A stretch of 64,000 bases of DNA from Raillietiella orientalis (taxonomy: Eukaryota), in the NCBI GenBank assembly GCA_036172245.1, contig JAYWIR010000001.1:4774001-4838000 (forward strand). Reading direction: 5' to 3'. Below the pieces are notes generated by a model. The model was given only the letters and a program-made list of their open reading frames with translations. It was not told the origin of the DNA and ran no database searches. The position numbers and the translations under genes were made by a program. Positions 35,451 to 49,554 of the stretch are shown in pieces (position 1 is the stretch's first letter; every line of letters starts with the position of its first letter).

Positions 35451-36159
35451 GCTGCACAACTCCCCGCTGCACGGTCGCTGCACGAAGTGGAACGCGGCTG
35501 GAGGAGCGCAGCGAGGTGGGCACGACATCAGCCGAGGGAACTTTTTTGAAGAGCACAACGAGGCGACTCCACCTGATGGAGTGGAGGATGGAGCCTACCG
35601 AAATCTCTCATAGGATGCTGAGTAGTCCAGGGGAATACCTGTGACCTATATTTTTGCTCATTTCTTTATTTGGTACTTCCTCCCCCCTTCACGAGGCCAG
35701 CTGTCTGGCTACCAGCCAGCTGCTGCACAACTCTTTAGACTTTGGTGACAAGACACTAGTCCTGCACTGAATTCTTTTATTTTTTGCTTGTTCGTCTTTT
35801 GTCGAAGATGGCAATAAACATCTGGTGTGAAAGCAAGACTTATAAGGGCCAAAGCCATCGTCCTCTAAGTCTTGAATTTCTCCTCAGTGGTCACGCTCCG
35901 AATTCTTGGAAAAACAAGAGAGCAAATAAAGGAAGACTTCTCCATGAGTCAATCATATCCATGTCTATCTGGATAAGACAAGATAGTAAACCACGGGAGA
36001 AGAGCCAGACTTGACGTTCCTCACCTTAGGGAAAGACGAGACGTAGTGTTGTAGTTCGTCAAGGAAGCTGCTTGCAGCGTGGTTTCCTGCTCATGAGGGG
36101 CGGAATCCGTGGTGAGGCAAAGGAGCCAATGAAAGTGCGGGTCTCACACCGAGGCAATT

Positions 36160-36860
36160 TCCCGTGCTAGTGGTGCCTGTGCTTAATGAAACGGGAGGGT
36201 TGCCTGTCCTGTCCTGGGAGGCACAAGTTCTCTATCATCCGGATGAGTTTCAACGCAATGGCCACTGCAAAACGGCGCCCCTTCTCTACTCGAAACGAAG
36301 CAACGACTGCGGGGGGTGGACAACTCTAGCTAGAGGAGCTCGACATCAGAAGCTGTATCCAAATGTTCTCCCGAATCCCTACAGCCTCCCACTTCTTGAG
36401 ATCACTCGGTTTGAGAGGATGAACAATTGGACCTGGTCGCCTATGCGCAACGACGAATGGAGGAAAGACATTTTCTGAAGACCATCGGTCCAAGATTCGC
36501 GGTGTGGTTCGTGGCTCTCTCGTTCGTTTATAAGGATGGAAATCAGCAAATTGTTCTTGGACGAAGGTCTCTTGACGTCTGTTAAAACAAATCAGAAAGC
36601 AGCTGCTCAAGGCAAGAGGAATCCTATGTGCTGATTATAGGATCCTCCTTTTCTTCCGGGGGGAATGAAAGGCGTTAGTAGGAAAGCCACCCGAAAATTT
36701 GCCCGGAAGGTGATCGAAGGCTTGCAAGGATATCCCAGGGTACAGAAAAGCTGCAGAAAGCAGCACCAAGACTTTCAAGGAGTCCCTCGAGAAACATCAA
36801 GAGCAAATGCTCCATTTTCAGTAAAAAGAAGCTGTAAGGTTGTGACCATATGAACTAGGA
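36160..36860 (+). mobile_element. Decayed LTR-retrotransposon (Gypsy-like) integrase remnant
   Basis: LVVP..., LPLLEITRFER / QLDLVAYAQRRMEERHFLKTIG (cf. PL....PFE.V.ID..GP....G..Y.L..ID) and AAESSTKTFK (cf. G..ER.N.TLK), across frameshifts. Confidence 0.4.
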
Positions 36861-39249
36861 GATGGATTTGCCTGCTGTGAAGCCACAACGGAACCAAGCA
36901 ACGTCAGGAGAGCAACCGTTACCTTTAGGGTGTGCCGGTTGTTGTGCCTCTTCGGGAACCCTTCACTGATACACGTTAGTCTCCGTACGAGAAGAACTCT
37001 GTTCGGTAGCAATTTCTTCGTATGTCATCGACATCGCACACTACATGAGTGAAAGTGGCGGGAGTGTCCATCTGTCGAACGTCCCAAGAGATCATCCACT
37101 CAAACAACTTACAGCTTTCCAGAGAAGAAAGAAAAAGAAGAATAGAAGAAAAAAAAAATTCAGCAAGGTGTGGATTTTCCTCGTTCAGATGGAAAGCGCG
37201 AGTTTCATCTAGCCAGCTGGTTCATCTGTCCCGCACCACAGGAAAGTCCTGAGATATTTACACCCGTGGAGAAGCCAAGTTCCTTCGTCAGAGTTCGCTT
37301 TTCTGTTTTCTCGGATGTTCCTCAGCTTTCTGCCTTCACAAGCAAAGCAGCAGAGGAATCTCCGCATCGTGAGAAGTCTGCCGAGGACCAAATTGCTCGA
37401 AAAACGTAGGATTCACGTGACAACGACGAGACTTGCGGGTCACCTCTGATAGGACCCGGTTCAGGTCATTCTGCAGTTAGCGGACAAGTTTGGCATGTTC
37501 CCTTCACAACTGCTGCAGCGTTTCCTGTTGCACGGACGCAGTTCGTGGAGCGAAGACTTCCTGATGGACTGGATGTGCATCAGGCAGAGAAGAGGGTGAG
37601 CCTTGCGTTCTGTACCAGAGGGAAACAAGTGGCGGACCAGATCAGTACACGGAGAACTACTGCGGAGTCTGCCTCCGACGAGGAGCTCGAGGGAAAGATC
37701 CCATTCGGGATGCTGGAAGACGGCGTCCAAACCCCGATGCCTCCCTGGTGATGAGCGAAGTACGGAAGTGAGCACTGCTGATGGGTCACAGAGATCACGG
37801 GAACCGCTGGGGACAATGGGCGTCATTCTCTTACACCCGTCTTGGTCTTAATGATTTCCACCTGAGCCTTTCGCGAGCCTTAGAGACCTATACGACAAGA
37901 GTCTGACTGTTTCTTCTTGGAGACCGTTTTCTGGTTTGGAAACGCGCGCCCTCGGTTGACGTCGTTCTACAGATCAATGGAGAGGAAGTTCCCGTTGTTC
38001 ACCCCGACTTACCGTCCTGGAAACAGATTTTCGTTTCCTGGTCAGCTGCTGACCATACTAGGGAGTTTAATAAAAGAAATCGGACCAGTGCCTACGTCTT
38101 CGAGGAGAAGACGCTGTAGGAATCGCGTCCTCTTCCGAGGCGGCTGGCTCTCAACCTGCGAGCCACATTTCCGCGAGCGTGGTTTCCTCTTCCGTAGATC
38201 CACTGGCGCCAAGTTGAGGTCGTCTGCCTCCGCATGATGGACGCGCAAGGCTCTCGTCCACAGCCTTTCCGGTCTGTCAGCGGAGAAAGCGCCATTCTTT
38301 CCCTAGTCTAGGTCCACCTTGGCTTTTCTGCCGGCCCGTATTCGCCTTTTTTGCTTCCTCTCGGACGGAATTTTCCCCAAGCCATTTCTACGCGCAGAGT
38401 CCGCCATTGCCTTCCGCTGCAGGAAAACGCGTGCCTTTTCCCGTCGTCCTTGGAAACGCCGCACCGACTCGTTTGTAAATCTTTCATTCATCAAAACAGA
38501 TGTGTCTCTTTTTCCACGACTCCATCGCCCGAGTTTTTCGCTTTGCTTCTGCTACTGCCGCCGCCGGCACGCCTTGCTGCAATCAGCGGGCATCTCCGTC
38601 GCACGCGGAGTCCGTGGAGAAGGTGGAGGGAGAGGGAGGGGGGAAGGAGGAGGAAGGGGAAAACCACACGTGGTCCGTGATTTTCAGCACAGCTCTATTC
38701 CGTGGAAACTCGGGGCATAAGGCGCGGCGCGAATGACGGCGCTCCTCGTTGCTTCTCACGCGCTGGTGCCGCTCCTTCCGCGGATGGGCTCTACTGAGAG
38801 GAAGCGCGATCTTCATCTTCGGTCTCTGCGTGCTCTTCCTCAGGTTTCCTGAAGCACGCGAATCAGTCCGGAGCTGTCCCTCCCCCGAAAGCACGCTCGC
38901 ATGGAGCGTTCCTGAGGTCATCTCGGATCCCAGAAACCCCATCGGGGGGAGCACCCGCAGGGGAGCTGGAAGAGTTTGGATTGCTCCGGAGCAGAATTTG
39001 CGCGCGCCTCTGCTCAGGCTAAGGCTGGGGAGTTCCAGCTAGCAGGAAAGGACGAATGGAGGGGGGGCGGAGGGGGGGAAACCTCAGTAGCATCCACCGC
39101 TGCATGAGATTCGCATCCAGAAGCACGTCTAATTCGTCGTCGTCGTCATCCCGTCACATTATCTCGGACGGGATCTGTCGCGTCCCGCGCTCCTCTCGTT
39201 TCTCCTGATAATCTTCTTGTGGACGAGAAAAGAGGATCTCGACTTCGGA

Positions 39250-39960
39250 CAAAGATGTTCTTCGGTTCCCGGCGACCCCCGGGCCTCATGTTTATTGATA
39301 AGCCTTCTGCAACAAAGGGCTTCTTACGTGAACGGGTTCAGAATCTGGCGCAGTGCTTGCATCTCCGTTGCCGCGTTACGCAAGTTCATCTCCGTCACGC
39401 TCGGATGCACGTGTCGTCCCGGTGCTTTCTTGTTTACCTCTTCGAAAGCCATCAGCGGCTCCGCGAGCTGCCCCGGGAGAGATGTCGCGAATTCGCATCC
39501 TGCCGCTGCATACCGTCTGCGGTCTGCAGCGGTACGTGGTCTTCTCCCTCTACGGCTCAGGCGTTGCCGAGGTCGATTCCCGGCATTCCCTCCCTCACCT
39601 CCCTTTTTTTCAAGCCATGAGCAGGATTGTCTGGACCAGCTGCTGGACGAGTCCGCCTTGTCGGCAGCATCGGGAGATACTTGCGCGATCCTTTATTTTT
39701 ATCGGAGTGTACGTGACCAGACTCGTTCCTGGCTGGAAGGCGTGGCCGCAACCTGAGGGAAAATCAGGGAGCTCCTCGAAGTGTTTGCGATTTGGCTGCC
39801 GCGCCTGGAGACGGTCGGCCTTCGACCGTTTCCGGGTGCGCGCTGAGGGTGCGGCAAGGGACGCGGCATTGAGGTCTGTACACAGGGCGTATCTCCGGAT
39901 GTGCAGCCGCAAGATAGAAACTTGCATCCCTGACTCGAATTTCAGGGGGTCCAGCATCCG
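39250..39960 (-). mobile_element. Possible LINE RT N-terminal remnant
   Basis: AAGPDNPAHGLKK resembles K.PGPDGI....LK. The downstream sequence is degenerate. Confidence 0.25.
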
Positions 39961-41985
39961 ATCTTCGTTCATCCTTAGAGGGGAAGAGAGAGAGAGAGAG
40001 AAAAAAAAAATTTTTTTTTTCTTCCTTTTTTTTCTTTTTCCACTGCTCCCTATGAGTTTTCTTTCTTCCCGTTTTCTTGTATCAACGGGGAAAGGAATGC
40101 CACTCCACGCTCCGTGTGGGAGGCACGCGACTTGGCCCGTGACCTACGAGTTCCCGACCCCAGCTCCTTCCTGACTGGCGGAAATCGCCCTGAGGATGAG
40201 TGGGCTTCCGCCTCTTGGTTGCTGCCCTTCGTCTGAATGAGGGCTCCCATGTCGGCCCCAGGTACTCATCAGGGCCTTCCCTGTTCAGGTAATCCATCGT
40301 GGACGACGAGGTGGCCCTCGGAAGATTACAAAGGAGCAAACGCGGCAGGAGCGTTAGGAGGAGCCTCCTGCGACGTCCCTCCGGATTGAAATGTAAAAGG
40401 CAAGAAGAGTCGAAAAAGCCGCTCATCCAGCAGCACTTCGTGGGCGGCAGATGCTTCCAGATGAGTGCACGAAGGCCACCTTTGAGTCGGGCGAAAGGTA
40501 GAAGCCCCAAATGTTGGGCGGGCTTCTTTCCCGACGAGCCCGACCCCTTGTCGAGCACGAAGGGTTTCGCCAGCCACGATGAGGGTTGAGGCCACAGAGC
40601 TATCCAGCACCCTTCCGAGAGGGGCGGGGAGAACTGTTCCACAGGTAGGGGAACAGATCTTGCGGACTTCGGAAAGTGGTTCCTCTGCTTCCCAGGAAGC
40701 TTCATCAGACGACTGGACCTTCCTTCGATGTGTGCCGATCACTCCTCTCCTCATCCTCTTCTCCTCGGTGCTGCATTTCCACATGCCTCCAAAACCATCG
40801 GAGTTCTTCCAAGGCGACCCACAGCAGGACCCGGAAAACGAACTTCCGAAGACCGAACCTCTGAGCAGGAGTGCCGGCGGTCTCATGAGATGGAGGCGAA
40901 ACTGAAGTGCACTCCATTCCACCAGCCGAGAGGCTAAGATGCTGATGCTGGATGGCCAAGGAACGGCAATTTCCAAAGGGACATATCTCGCTTTTAATGC
41001 TCGTGGTCCAGAACTCGTTCTGAGAGGAAAGCGACTGTTTCTTTCCCTCTTGTCTTTCAGGCATGTAAGCTCGTGCTTGCGCCCTACAAGTGATGCACCG
41101 CGAGATGCACCCAGTGATCTCGGGATTGCCTATCAATCCATCCCGTCTCGTCTGAAGATGGAGAGAAAGATTTTGACTCGGAGTAGTGGATGCTGGCCGA
41201 GCCACGGACGAAGTGAATGTTGCGCACATATATTTTCGGGAAGTGGAGCCAGGAAGGCTCTCTGGCTGGAAACAGCCCGGCAGGTTTCCTAGGCAACCAT
41301 GCTCTTGGAAAACGCAATTCTTGTTTCATTTCGAGGGCCATAACTTTTCATTAATTGGAATGCAAGTGTTGCTTTCTCCGGTTGCGTGCGGTTGAGCATA
41401 AGGACACTCTCAAATACAAAGGTTCCGGGTGAAGCTTCAGGGAATTCGTCCAGGGAAACCAGGTTTCCTTTGGAATTTTTTCTTCCCTTTGCAGAGCTCA
41501 ATCGCTGGCTTGGCTTCCAAGGTAATTGAATTTTGTTTAATTACCTTAAAAGTAAAATGCTAGTACAAACAGCCTTCTTGGGTAACGATGTACAATTACT
41601 GAACAGGCGTATCCATAGTGATTAGGCTGAATTTATTTCTGAGGTTCTTCAAACTTTGCGCTTGTCTCACAAAGTGAAAAACTGCGAGGAAAATTGATTT
41701 CCCCAAACTGATGTTTTTGCAAGACTGTGAAGAAATTGCATGATGGCAATTTGCCACTCAGCTAACTGTTCGAGGACAAAACTACAAAGAATGTGCCTCT
41801 TCACCTTTTTCTCATCTCCGTGATGATGGAGAGAAAAGTGGTTTCAGAACGGATTGTGTGAAATTAGAGACGATACTCCTTCATCTCGCAAGTTCAAGAA
41901 AATTCGAGGTGACCTTAATTTCCGGGGACACTTTCTTGAAATAGAGCACTGGTGTTTCCATAAAAAGGCACTCGATCATTATCTA

Positions 41986-42017
<32 letters not shown>

Positions 42018-42449
42018 TCAAGTTAGCATTTTTCTATCTTCTTTTTCCTGTCATTTCCTCATTGAGCGTTATCCTTGTTCTCCAAGAACAGCCATTTACA
42101 CCGTGAAGTGGCAATCCACTTCATCTGCTTTTACGTCGTTGGTTCCTTGGTCTCACCTGTAAAGTATCTCTGTTCGTTCCTTGATCCATAAAGAGCGGGC
42201 ATCATTCGTGAAGACTTTAAAATGAGAGCGTTTCACGAGCCGTCAAGGAAAGCAGGGATAGGGACGATCATTCCGCTCTTCGGTTCGGCATAGGACACAG
42301 CGTTCTTCATAAGAATTTATTTCCGGAATAAAATTCACTGCTTAAATTCTCACAACAAATTACTCCAGCTGGAAAATTCGAGAACATTTGGACCTCCATT
42401 TCGGTTCCATAAACATTCTGGGGCAGCATTTTGAGATAGGTACCTAAAG

Positions 42450-42975
42450 CATGGCTTGTGTACTGAAGCTTGGAAGCAGTGGGCAGTGGGCTCCAAAGCA
42501 TGCGGATACGATTTCTTGTGGTGCTACCGAAATTAAGAACGCCATCGCCATTGTACACACTCAGGTCCAATTTAACATGCCTGCTTGGTTCACAGTACGG
42601 TACTTGTCTTCATGGCACGCAGTTACACACGCACCGAATAAACTGACGAAACGGCTATGCTCCTCGACACCTTTTGATCCACGATGTCTTCAGGATGACA
42701 TCCTTTTGTCTGGGAAAACTGAAAACAAAGGCAATTGAAAAGATGAAAGAGAAAGAGTGAAGCTATAGAAGAAATGGTAGAAGGACGACATAGAAACCAA
42801 GCATGTGGAGGATCCGCTTGTATTTATGTACCGTTCTGCATTTCATCCTTTCATATGCCTTATTTACATTATCAGATAAATACACATCGCCAAAGTGCAT
42901 ATCCTGCGAGCCTCAATGTAATTTATTCTCATCTTGATGCAATCATTAGAACCGACAGCAAAAGAGAGCACATTT
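42450..42975 (-). pseudogene. Degenerate THAP (C2CH) domain-like sequence, possibly P-element related
   Basis: FAVGSNDC (cf. C.V.GC.N), then after a polypyrimidine/ttttcag acceptor FPRQKDVILKTSWIKRCRGA*PF....CVC (cf. FP.D.....W...C.R......VCS.HF). Contains in-frame stops. Confidence 0.3.
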
Positions 42976-45900
42976 AGGACTGGAATATCCGATGGGGATG
43001 CTTTCAATAAGACGAAACAGCAAAATGCGTGATCAAAGAAAGCAAAGGTGCCTGAGAAGTGACAAAAATGCAGAAGAGAAGGATACATAGTATGTAATCA
43101 CGAATGTGATACGTATTTATTTGACATTTCGCATTCCACCCTTTGATATGCGCTGTGCGTGTTATGAATTATGTTACACATTACAATGTTCCTAAAGTAA
43201 CTGTACACGTGAACGTGGTACAGTTCGCCAACTGAGACAAAAAAGGAAAGGAACGAAAACCATTTCTTCCATCTGATTGAGCAGAGGTCCAACGATCACA
43301 TTAGTTTAAAGTCACGCTCAGTTCAAGTGATGTACCTCATGCCTAATTCAATAACAGACACTGCTTTCTACTTTTTTAGAAGATTAATTTTTCTAGAGAC
43401 GAATTCAAAAACACGTCAATCAATCATAAGGGTGCTGAAGACAAAGTTTCAATGGGGGCATTCGAAGGTCCAATTTATCTACTTCTACTCGGTTCGAACG
43501 AATAAGTCAACGCTACTTCAAATGCAAGTTTACGGTTATCAGCTATAAATTATGGTCCAGGTGATCATACAAACGATCTCAAAGAAAATCTTCCGAATGC
43601 CAAAAACAGTGGAAAGACGGCTGGCCTTGAAAAGTTCTTGGGGGAATTTTAACTTTATGCATATCACTATCAAATTTGGGTGTGATATTTCTGCAATACG
43701 CTGTGCACGTTTCGATGGATGGTATTTCTTTGCAATTTATCTTCGCCGCCATCCCAATTAAGAAATATCACATGTTAACATTCACAATACAATCACATGC
43801 ATATCTGCTAATGGTCATTCCCTTCACCGTCACAACCAACGTGTGCGACTCCTCCATGTTTCTTTACTACCACGTGCTGACACGACCCACCCTGGTTTTT
43901 CGGTTCGACAGCATTCATCTTCATTGGCTGCTGCCGAAGTTTACTTAGCGATTCGATTCAGTAAAGCTGGAATAGTTGTTAAGGCTATGATTCATGCTGA
44001 GATAGCCACCGTGTTGTCCACAAAGGCGAGGAGGAGGATTAAAATTGGCGTGAGGAAGATTTTTCATCACGTCAGCTAGGAATGATGCAAATGGGTCATT
44101 AATTGGGAAGAGGACCTGCGACTGAAAGCAAGAACCCGAGAAATTCTCGCTTTGCGAGCGAGCGAGGTCACCTGGGTTCCTCAAAACGGCCTTTGGGAAT
44201 CTGTTTCGTCACGTTCGGGAACACTTGGGTCTCGTGGGTCTCTGGACGCGAGGAGCCAGGCCTGCGCATAGCAGAACGGGAGGCGAGTGCCAGATGCTGG
44301 TGGATCTCAGGCTAGCAGCATCGACCACCTATTCGCCGATTCCAGGCGGAAGTATCTTCCTTCGGAAGATCCGTTCTAATCACGACTTCTGCAGCAGCGT
44401 TACGAGCTCTCTGAGGTGCTGCTGAAGGATTGCAGAGGCGATGTTCAAGAAGAATGCTTCAAACTTGTCAGAAAATTCTTTTGGATGCCGAAGGAAACCA
44501 CTCATGTACCGGAGATGGTCCATAAAACATTTACGATCTGAGGAAAGGTTGAATTTCTGTTCCCAGCACGGGGGAATCAAGATTTCAGAGCTCGGATTCT
44601 GATCACGACTTTGAAAATTTAGGAAATGATGAACAGTATCGCTCGAGCGCTTATCTACTTCACGAACCACCCACCTATCACCCGTGCAATGGGTGGTTAC
44701 GAAGTGGAGGGCATGGTTGCTTAGAATAGCGCTAAGGTGTAAAAAGAATTCAGAGGAAGGAGTAGGATAAGTACCGCTGCGAGCTTAGCAAACCGCCAAC
44801 CATCGCTTCCAATCTAAAATGCCTGACGTGAGCTGCCGATCGAAAAAGAAAATTTTGAGCAACGTTTGAAATGGCTCTGATCAGGAGCGACTACAGAAAG
44901 GGCTGAAGATTTCGGATGGTGATAAGGAGGTGGTCATCGTCGCTACCGGTTGATGGCGCTTAATGACAGGCAGTGGGCAGGGGAGCAATTGTGTGGAAGG
45001 GGAGAGGTTTGATGGTTGACAAGAATTTAGGAGTCTGAAAATCCCTTCCGAGTTGTACCCGTCCGAAATGGCCCACGACGCAAACCACCTGCTACGAGAT
45101 AAAGTTTTTGCCTTCCTCCTGGGTAGCACGTGGAATACTGCTTTTCAGTTTTATCCAGAATTCGAGAAAGCACTCGTCACGTTCTCTGAAAGAATTTCAT
45201 CTCATCCACTCAGGATACTGAGAGCCCGTTGTCGGTGTCTGAAACCATGCCCACCACCTTTCTGCAACTGGCATTTCCCGAGCTGGAGACGTCAGTCGCG
45301 ACACATTCCCGGGTTTGTCTGCAAGTTATCTTTCGGGAGTGCATGCGTGCAGATGTGCCGTCGCCGAGGTTTCTGCCTGTGCTCTTAAGAAGGGGCTCGA
45401 TGACCTTTTGAAGAAGGATGTACTCGCATTCTTCAGATGTGTAGTCGGGAGATAACCCCATGCAGTCCATTGGTGCCAGGTATTCGGAACACTCTCTAAA
45501 AAACCTAACGGAGCCTACGTTAGATCACAGATCAAACCATTGGTGCACCACAGTACGCTGCAACGCCCTCTGGTGGGCAGCATGGTTTTAACCTTTCTGA
45601 AGCTCAGGCTCTTTCACTGCAGCAGAGGAAACGGAAAGTGACCGAATGATTATCCTCGAGCGCCGCCACGCAATTCGGGGAGCAGCTGTATTCATAGAGA
45701 GATGCATTCCGCAAAACCGCAGTTTAAGAATTCCATGGCTCTGAGTACACGTGTGCACTCTATGCTGCTCATGCTCTGAGTGACGGAGATTCTTTTCAGC
45801 AGCTCTTTGGGAACCTCCTCGGCAGTGAGTAGCGTATAGATCTGGAAACACCGCGTGCAGTAGACTGGAAAATGTAATCCAAGGTTTTGTTTGTTCGTGT

Positions 45901-46808
45901 CTGTGTGTGTGGGTTTTCTTGTTCAGCAGTTGTGCCCGCAGGACTGGGTTGCTCTGCTCCGCCGCCAAGGCGCTCACCAGAAAATCCAGACAGCGATCTT
46001 CCTCATAGAACGAAGTGCATTGCGCTTTGGGGATGGCAAACGGATCGCACTGGGGTTTGAGGAACCAGCTTGACTGGCAAGAGGGGGCTGCAAAGCGGTC
46101 AGCACATCTGCCACAACGGCATAGCACTTCCACGATGCCCGCAAGGCATCCTAGGCAATAGGTGCCCATTCTCACGGCCCATATCACGACGAGGAGGTCT
46201 CTGAACACCTTATTTCCTTCCTGAAGAGGCCAAGATACGTCCAAACAGCAGCTGTCGCCAGGGTTCCTCCCTACTCTGATCGTATGACAGCGTCTAGGAG
46301 TTTGCCTCATTGTGAATTCCTTATACTTGAATCCCAGGAATTCTGTTCGCTTTCGCGCTAAGCCTTGTCGGAGTGCATTTAGCCTCCGGGAAGTTCCTCC
46401 AGAAGTTGCGAGCGAAGTAGGCGGAGGGGCGGAGAAGAGAGACATCGCAGAAGTGCTTCTACCTTCCTCTATGACGACCTCCAAGCAACTTTCTTGCTCC
46501 CTCCCCCCCTCCCTACACGGACGCTCTGATTTCCGGGACTCGCTGGGTGCAGGACCCACCAGCAGCTGGGGCTTCAAGGATGACGCCTCTGTGGGAAAGG
46601 AGAAAGCAATGGCGAGGCGACCACGGAGCCAATTCGAGAAAACAGCGCTCCACTGTGGCAGCTATGCCTTTTCCGGAGCGGATGGCACGATGGCTCCGAG
46701 CACCCCATAAAAGGATGAGGTTTCACTGACTGCAAAGATGGAAACCTGAACCTCCGGTTTCCAAGGACAGATGAACTTTTTGACCAGAACATGTTGAAGG
46801 AGTCTTTT

Positions 46809-47758
46809 GGTTCACGTCGGGGCGTTCATTTTATAAAAAGAAACCACCCAGTCGGGAACACTCTGGTTCCCAACCAAAGATGAAAGGAGTTCAGGAGGAG
46901 GGTTCACCGACACGCAGGTCGGGATATCTACAAGTCTGCAACGGGAGGGAAGGGATAACAACAACAACAAAAAACAATAAGGAAGTACAAGAGGGATGGG
47001 GCGCTGTGGTCTTTGGAGCCGCTCCATCTAAACCGGGATAAATAGATGAAAAAACCGGGAAAAAGCCGGAACAAAAGAGAGTGTGCGATAAAAAAGAGAA
47101 AATCAATAAAGGGAGGCTGAGAACAAGAATCACCGGTGCCGGCCGTCTCTTCACTTGAGAACCGGCTCTGGATGCCGGCGATCTCCGCTTATGCTCCTTC
47201 GAAGAGAGGCCACCTTGCTGCCGCCCTCATGTAGGCAGCTGCCATGCAGGTGACCTCCGTTCGCCGCATGGTCGTCTCGAGCACATGGCGGACCGTGACG
47301 GTGGCACGGACGCAACCGATCGCGGCGCCCGTCGAGCGTCCTTCCGGCACGAAGAACCGCCGCAGCAGGTCGCGGGCGGTGTCCTCCTGGCGCAAAAGCG
47401 CTGACGCCAGCCTCCGTCACAGTTCTTGGAGGAGGGTGCCGCAGTCCGAAAGAGATGCGGGGGTGACCCCACCGACCTGCACCTGGCACGGTTGGGGGAT
47501 GCAACCCCCGCGCAAATACGGTGCGGGAACTCGTCGCACTGGAATCCCCAGCGCGGAAAGAGCAGCATAGGCTGCTTCCAGGACGGCGGATGCGTCCACA
47601 CATTGGGTAAGAGACACCGCAAGTTCTTCGGGGGCAGCACTGAAAGGTTCACCGCACCGAACGAGTACCGCAGCCAGAATAGGCGGATTGGCAACATCCA
47701 CCAACTCGCGCATCTTCCAGGTGCCTTCCTGAGATGGTGCAGGAAAACTCCCAGCTCG
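46809..47758 (-). mobile_element. Second copy of the 24007-24952 element, in inverted orientation
   Basis: The reverse complement matches 24007-24952 with only a few substitutions and a 4-nt indel near the 3' end. Confidence 0.85.
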
Positions 47759-49554
47759 TGGGCTGGTAGCTGTCGTCGCCTGCCTTTGGGGGTAGGTAGC
47801 TCTGTGGCAAGGGGTGTCGTTGCCAGAGTGGACCACTTTGTCGTGTTTTGAATTATCACTTCTAAAGGTTGAGGTAGAAAGCGGTGCAGGGGGAAAAGAT
47901 CCTCCGGGAGCATCTCCTGGACTGTAGCGTGGGGCCCAACAGTCTCCTGCCGCCAGGCATTGAAGTTCATTGAGCGGCAGGAAATCTACGGATGGACTTC
48001 CAGGAGGGAGGCGAGTGTCCTCACTGACGAGCCAAATCCTCTCATCCTGTAGCGGGTTCTCGGCAGAAATGAGAGCGGTGCTTCGCTGCTGGGGCATCTC
48101 TGCAGGATGAGGCTTGGTGCAAGGGGCATTCGGAACTTCACCTGCAGCCCGATTCTCTGCAGAGTCAGTATGGCGGCTTAGGTGTTTCGATGGATAGTCG
48201 CCAGAGGATCTTTGAGGCAGATCTTGGATCTTGTAGGAGTTCCTCTGACCTCCTTGGATTCGTGGAAGCAGCCGCTGCCCGGGCAAGCGGTCCACGGGTT
48301 CGGCTAAAAGAGCGAGAGGCCTCTCTGAATCGAGGACGAAGATGAGGGGAGGGAGCTCCTGGGAAACGGTAAGCATAGAAGGTAGAAAGGTATCTCCCCC
48401 CTCCTATCCCCCCTTCCTCAAAAAGTCTGGCGTTTCTCGGTCCTTCAGGGACGTCCGAGCGACCGGAGGACGCGTCCTCCGTCTGCTCGGGGGAGGAAGG
48501 GAATTCCGAGCGTGTTCCCCCTTTTTTTCGTTTTCCACTTCGGCAGCGCGGCGGGAGGCTGCAGGCATCCGAGAGGACCTCGTTTTCTGTTTCTTTGCTC
48601 GCTTCCATTTCTGGGACGCCTTGCACCGTGCGCCGTTTCCACTAAATTTGGTCGGCGGGATGGATATTAATTTTACGCTCCATCAGGATGATGTCATCGA
48701 GCAGGAGTAGATGGACAATAAATTCCGTTCGATCGCAGCATCTCATCAATAATGCAAACCTTGGTCATAGGATCAGCGAAACGAAGGCTCTTTTTTTCTC
48801 TGGTGGGGGGGAGAGGGAGGGAGGGGGGAAGTGAAAGTTCCCAGATCATTTGCTTTGTATAACCTGCACGGTTGTTTGTGCTTACCCGGGATCGCAGGCT
48901 GTTTCCGCTCACCTCTAGAGCAAGGATGGGAGGACGCAGGGAAGAAACCGCTTGTCCCTTCTACTGGAAGGGAAAAAGGAGAGGAGGAAAAGCAGGAAAG
49001 CAGGAAGAAAAGCAGTATGCAAGATGCTTTCACGTGCAAGCTTCCTTCTTGAGCTCTTTCTCCCTGGAAGTCATCTCGTACAAGGTGGAGCATCCGCGGG
49101 GTCCTGCTCCCCCCTCTCCACTGGCTTCTTGTTGAGGGAAGCTCGCGTAAAGTCCAACCACATCCTCACATCGCAAGCACACCATCAAACGAGCAAAGAA
49201 GCGCATCTGCAAACAGCAGCTTCTGCGTTCCAAAAAATTCCTGCTAAAGGAATTCTTCCTCTTTCCTCCCCCCCCCTGCTTTGGAAGGTTTGAAGATCTT
49301 TCTCACATCCCTGCTGAAGAGCCCTTTGGTATATCTCTTGCACGGAGGGTGGGAGCACACAGATGTACAGCCATTTTCGTGGGTTCCTCTGTCAATCGTT
49401 TCAGCGTTTCCCACCTCAGCATCTCGAATCCCGAGCGGATGCAGTTTTTAGTTTTTGGTTCGCAAAGAGCTGAAGAACCGCTCGCCCCCTTGAGGGGTCT
49501 CAAGAAGCTCTTTAAGCACCGTCTACTTCATCCGAGGGTGTGTGGAACTCTTCG

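Noticed and set aside
45588-46577. 329-aa minus-strand ORF as a second host gene
   Set aside because: No recognisable domain and no consistent exon chain nearby. Left unassigned; BLASTX would settle it.
24007-47758. Maverick/Polinton or other giant TIR transposon interpretation
   Set aside because: Size and inverted arms fit superficially, but there is no 6-bp TSD, no AG...CT termini, and no pPolB, ATPase or capsid ORFs. The arms look like a LINE 3' end.
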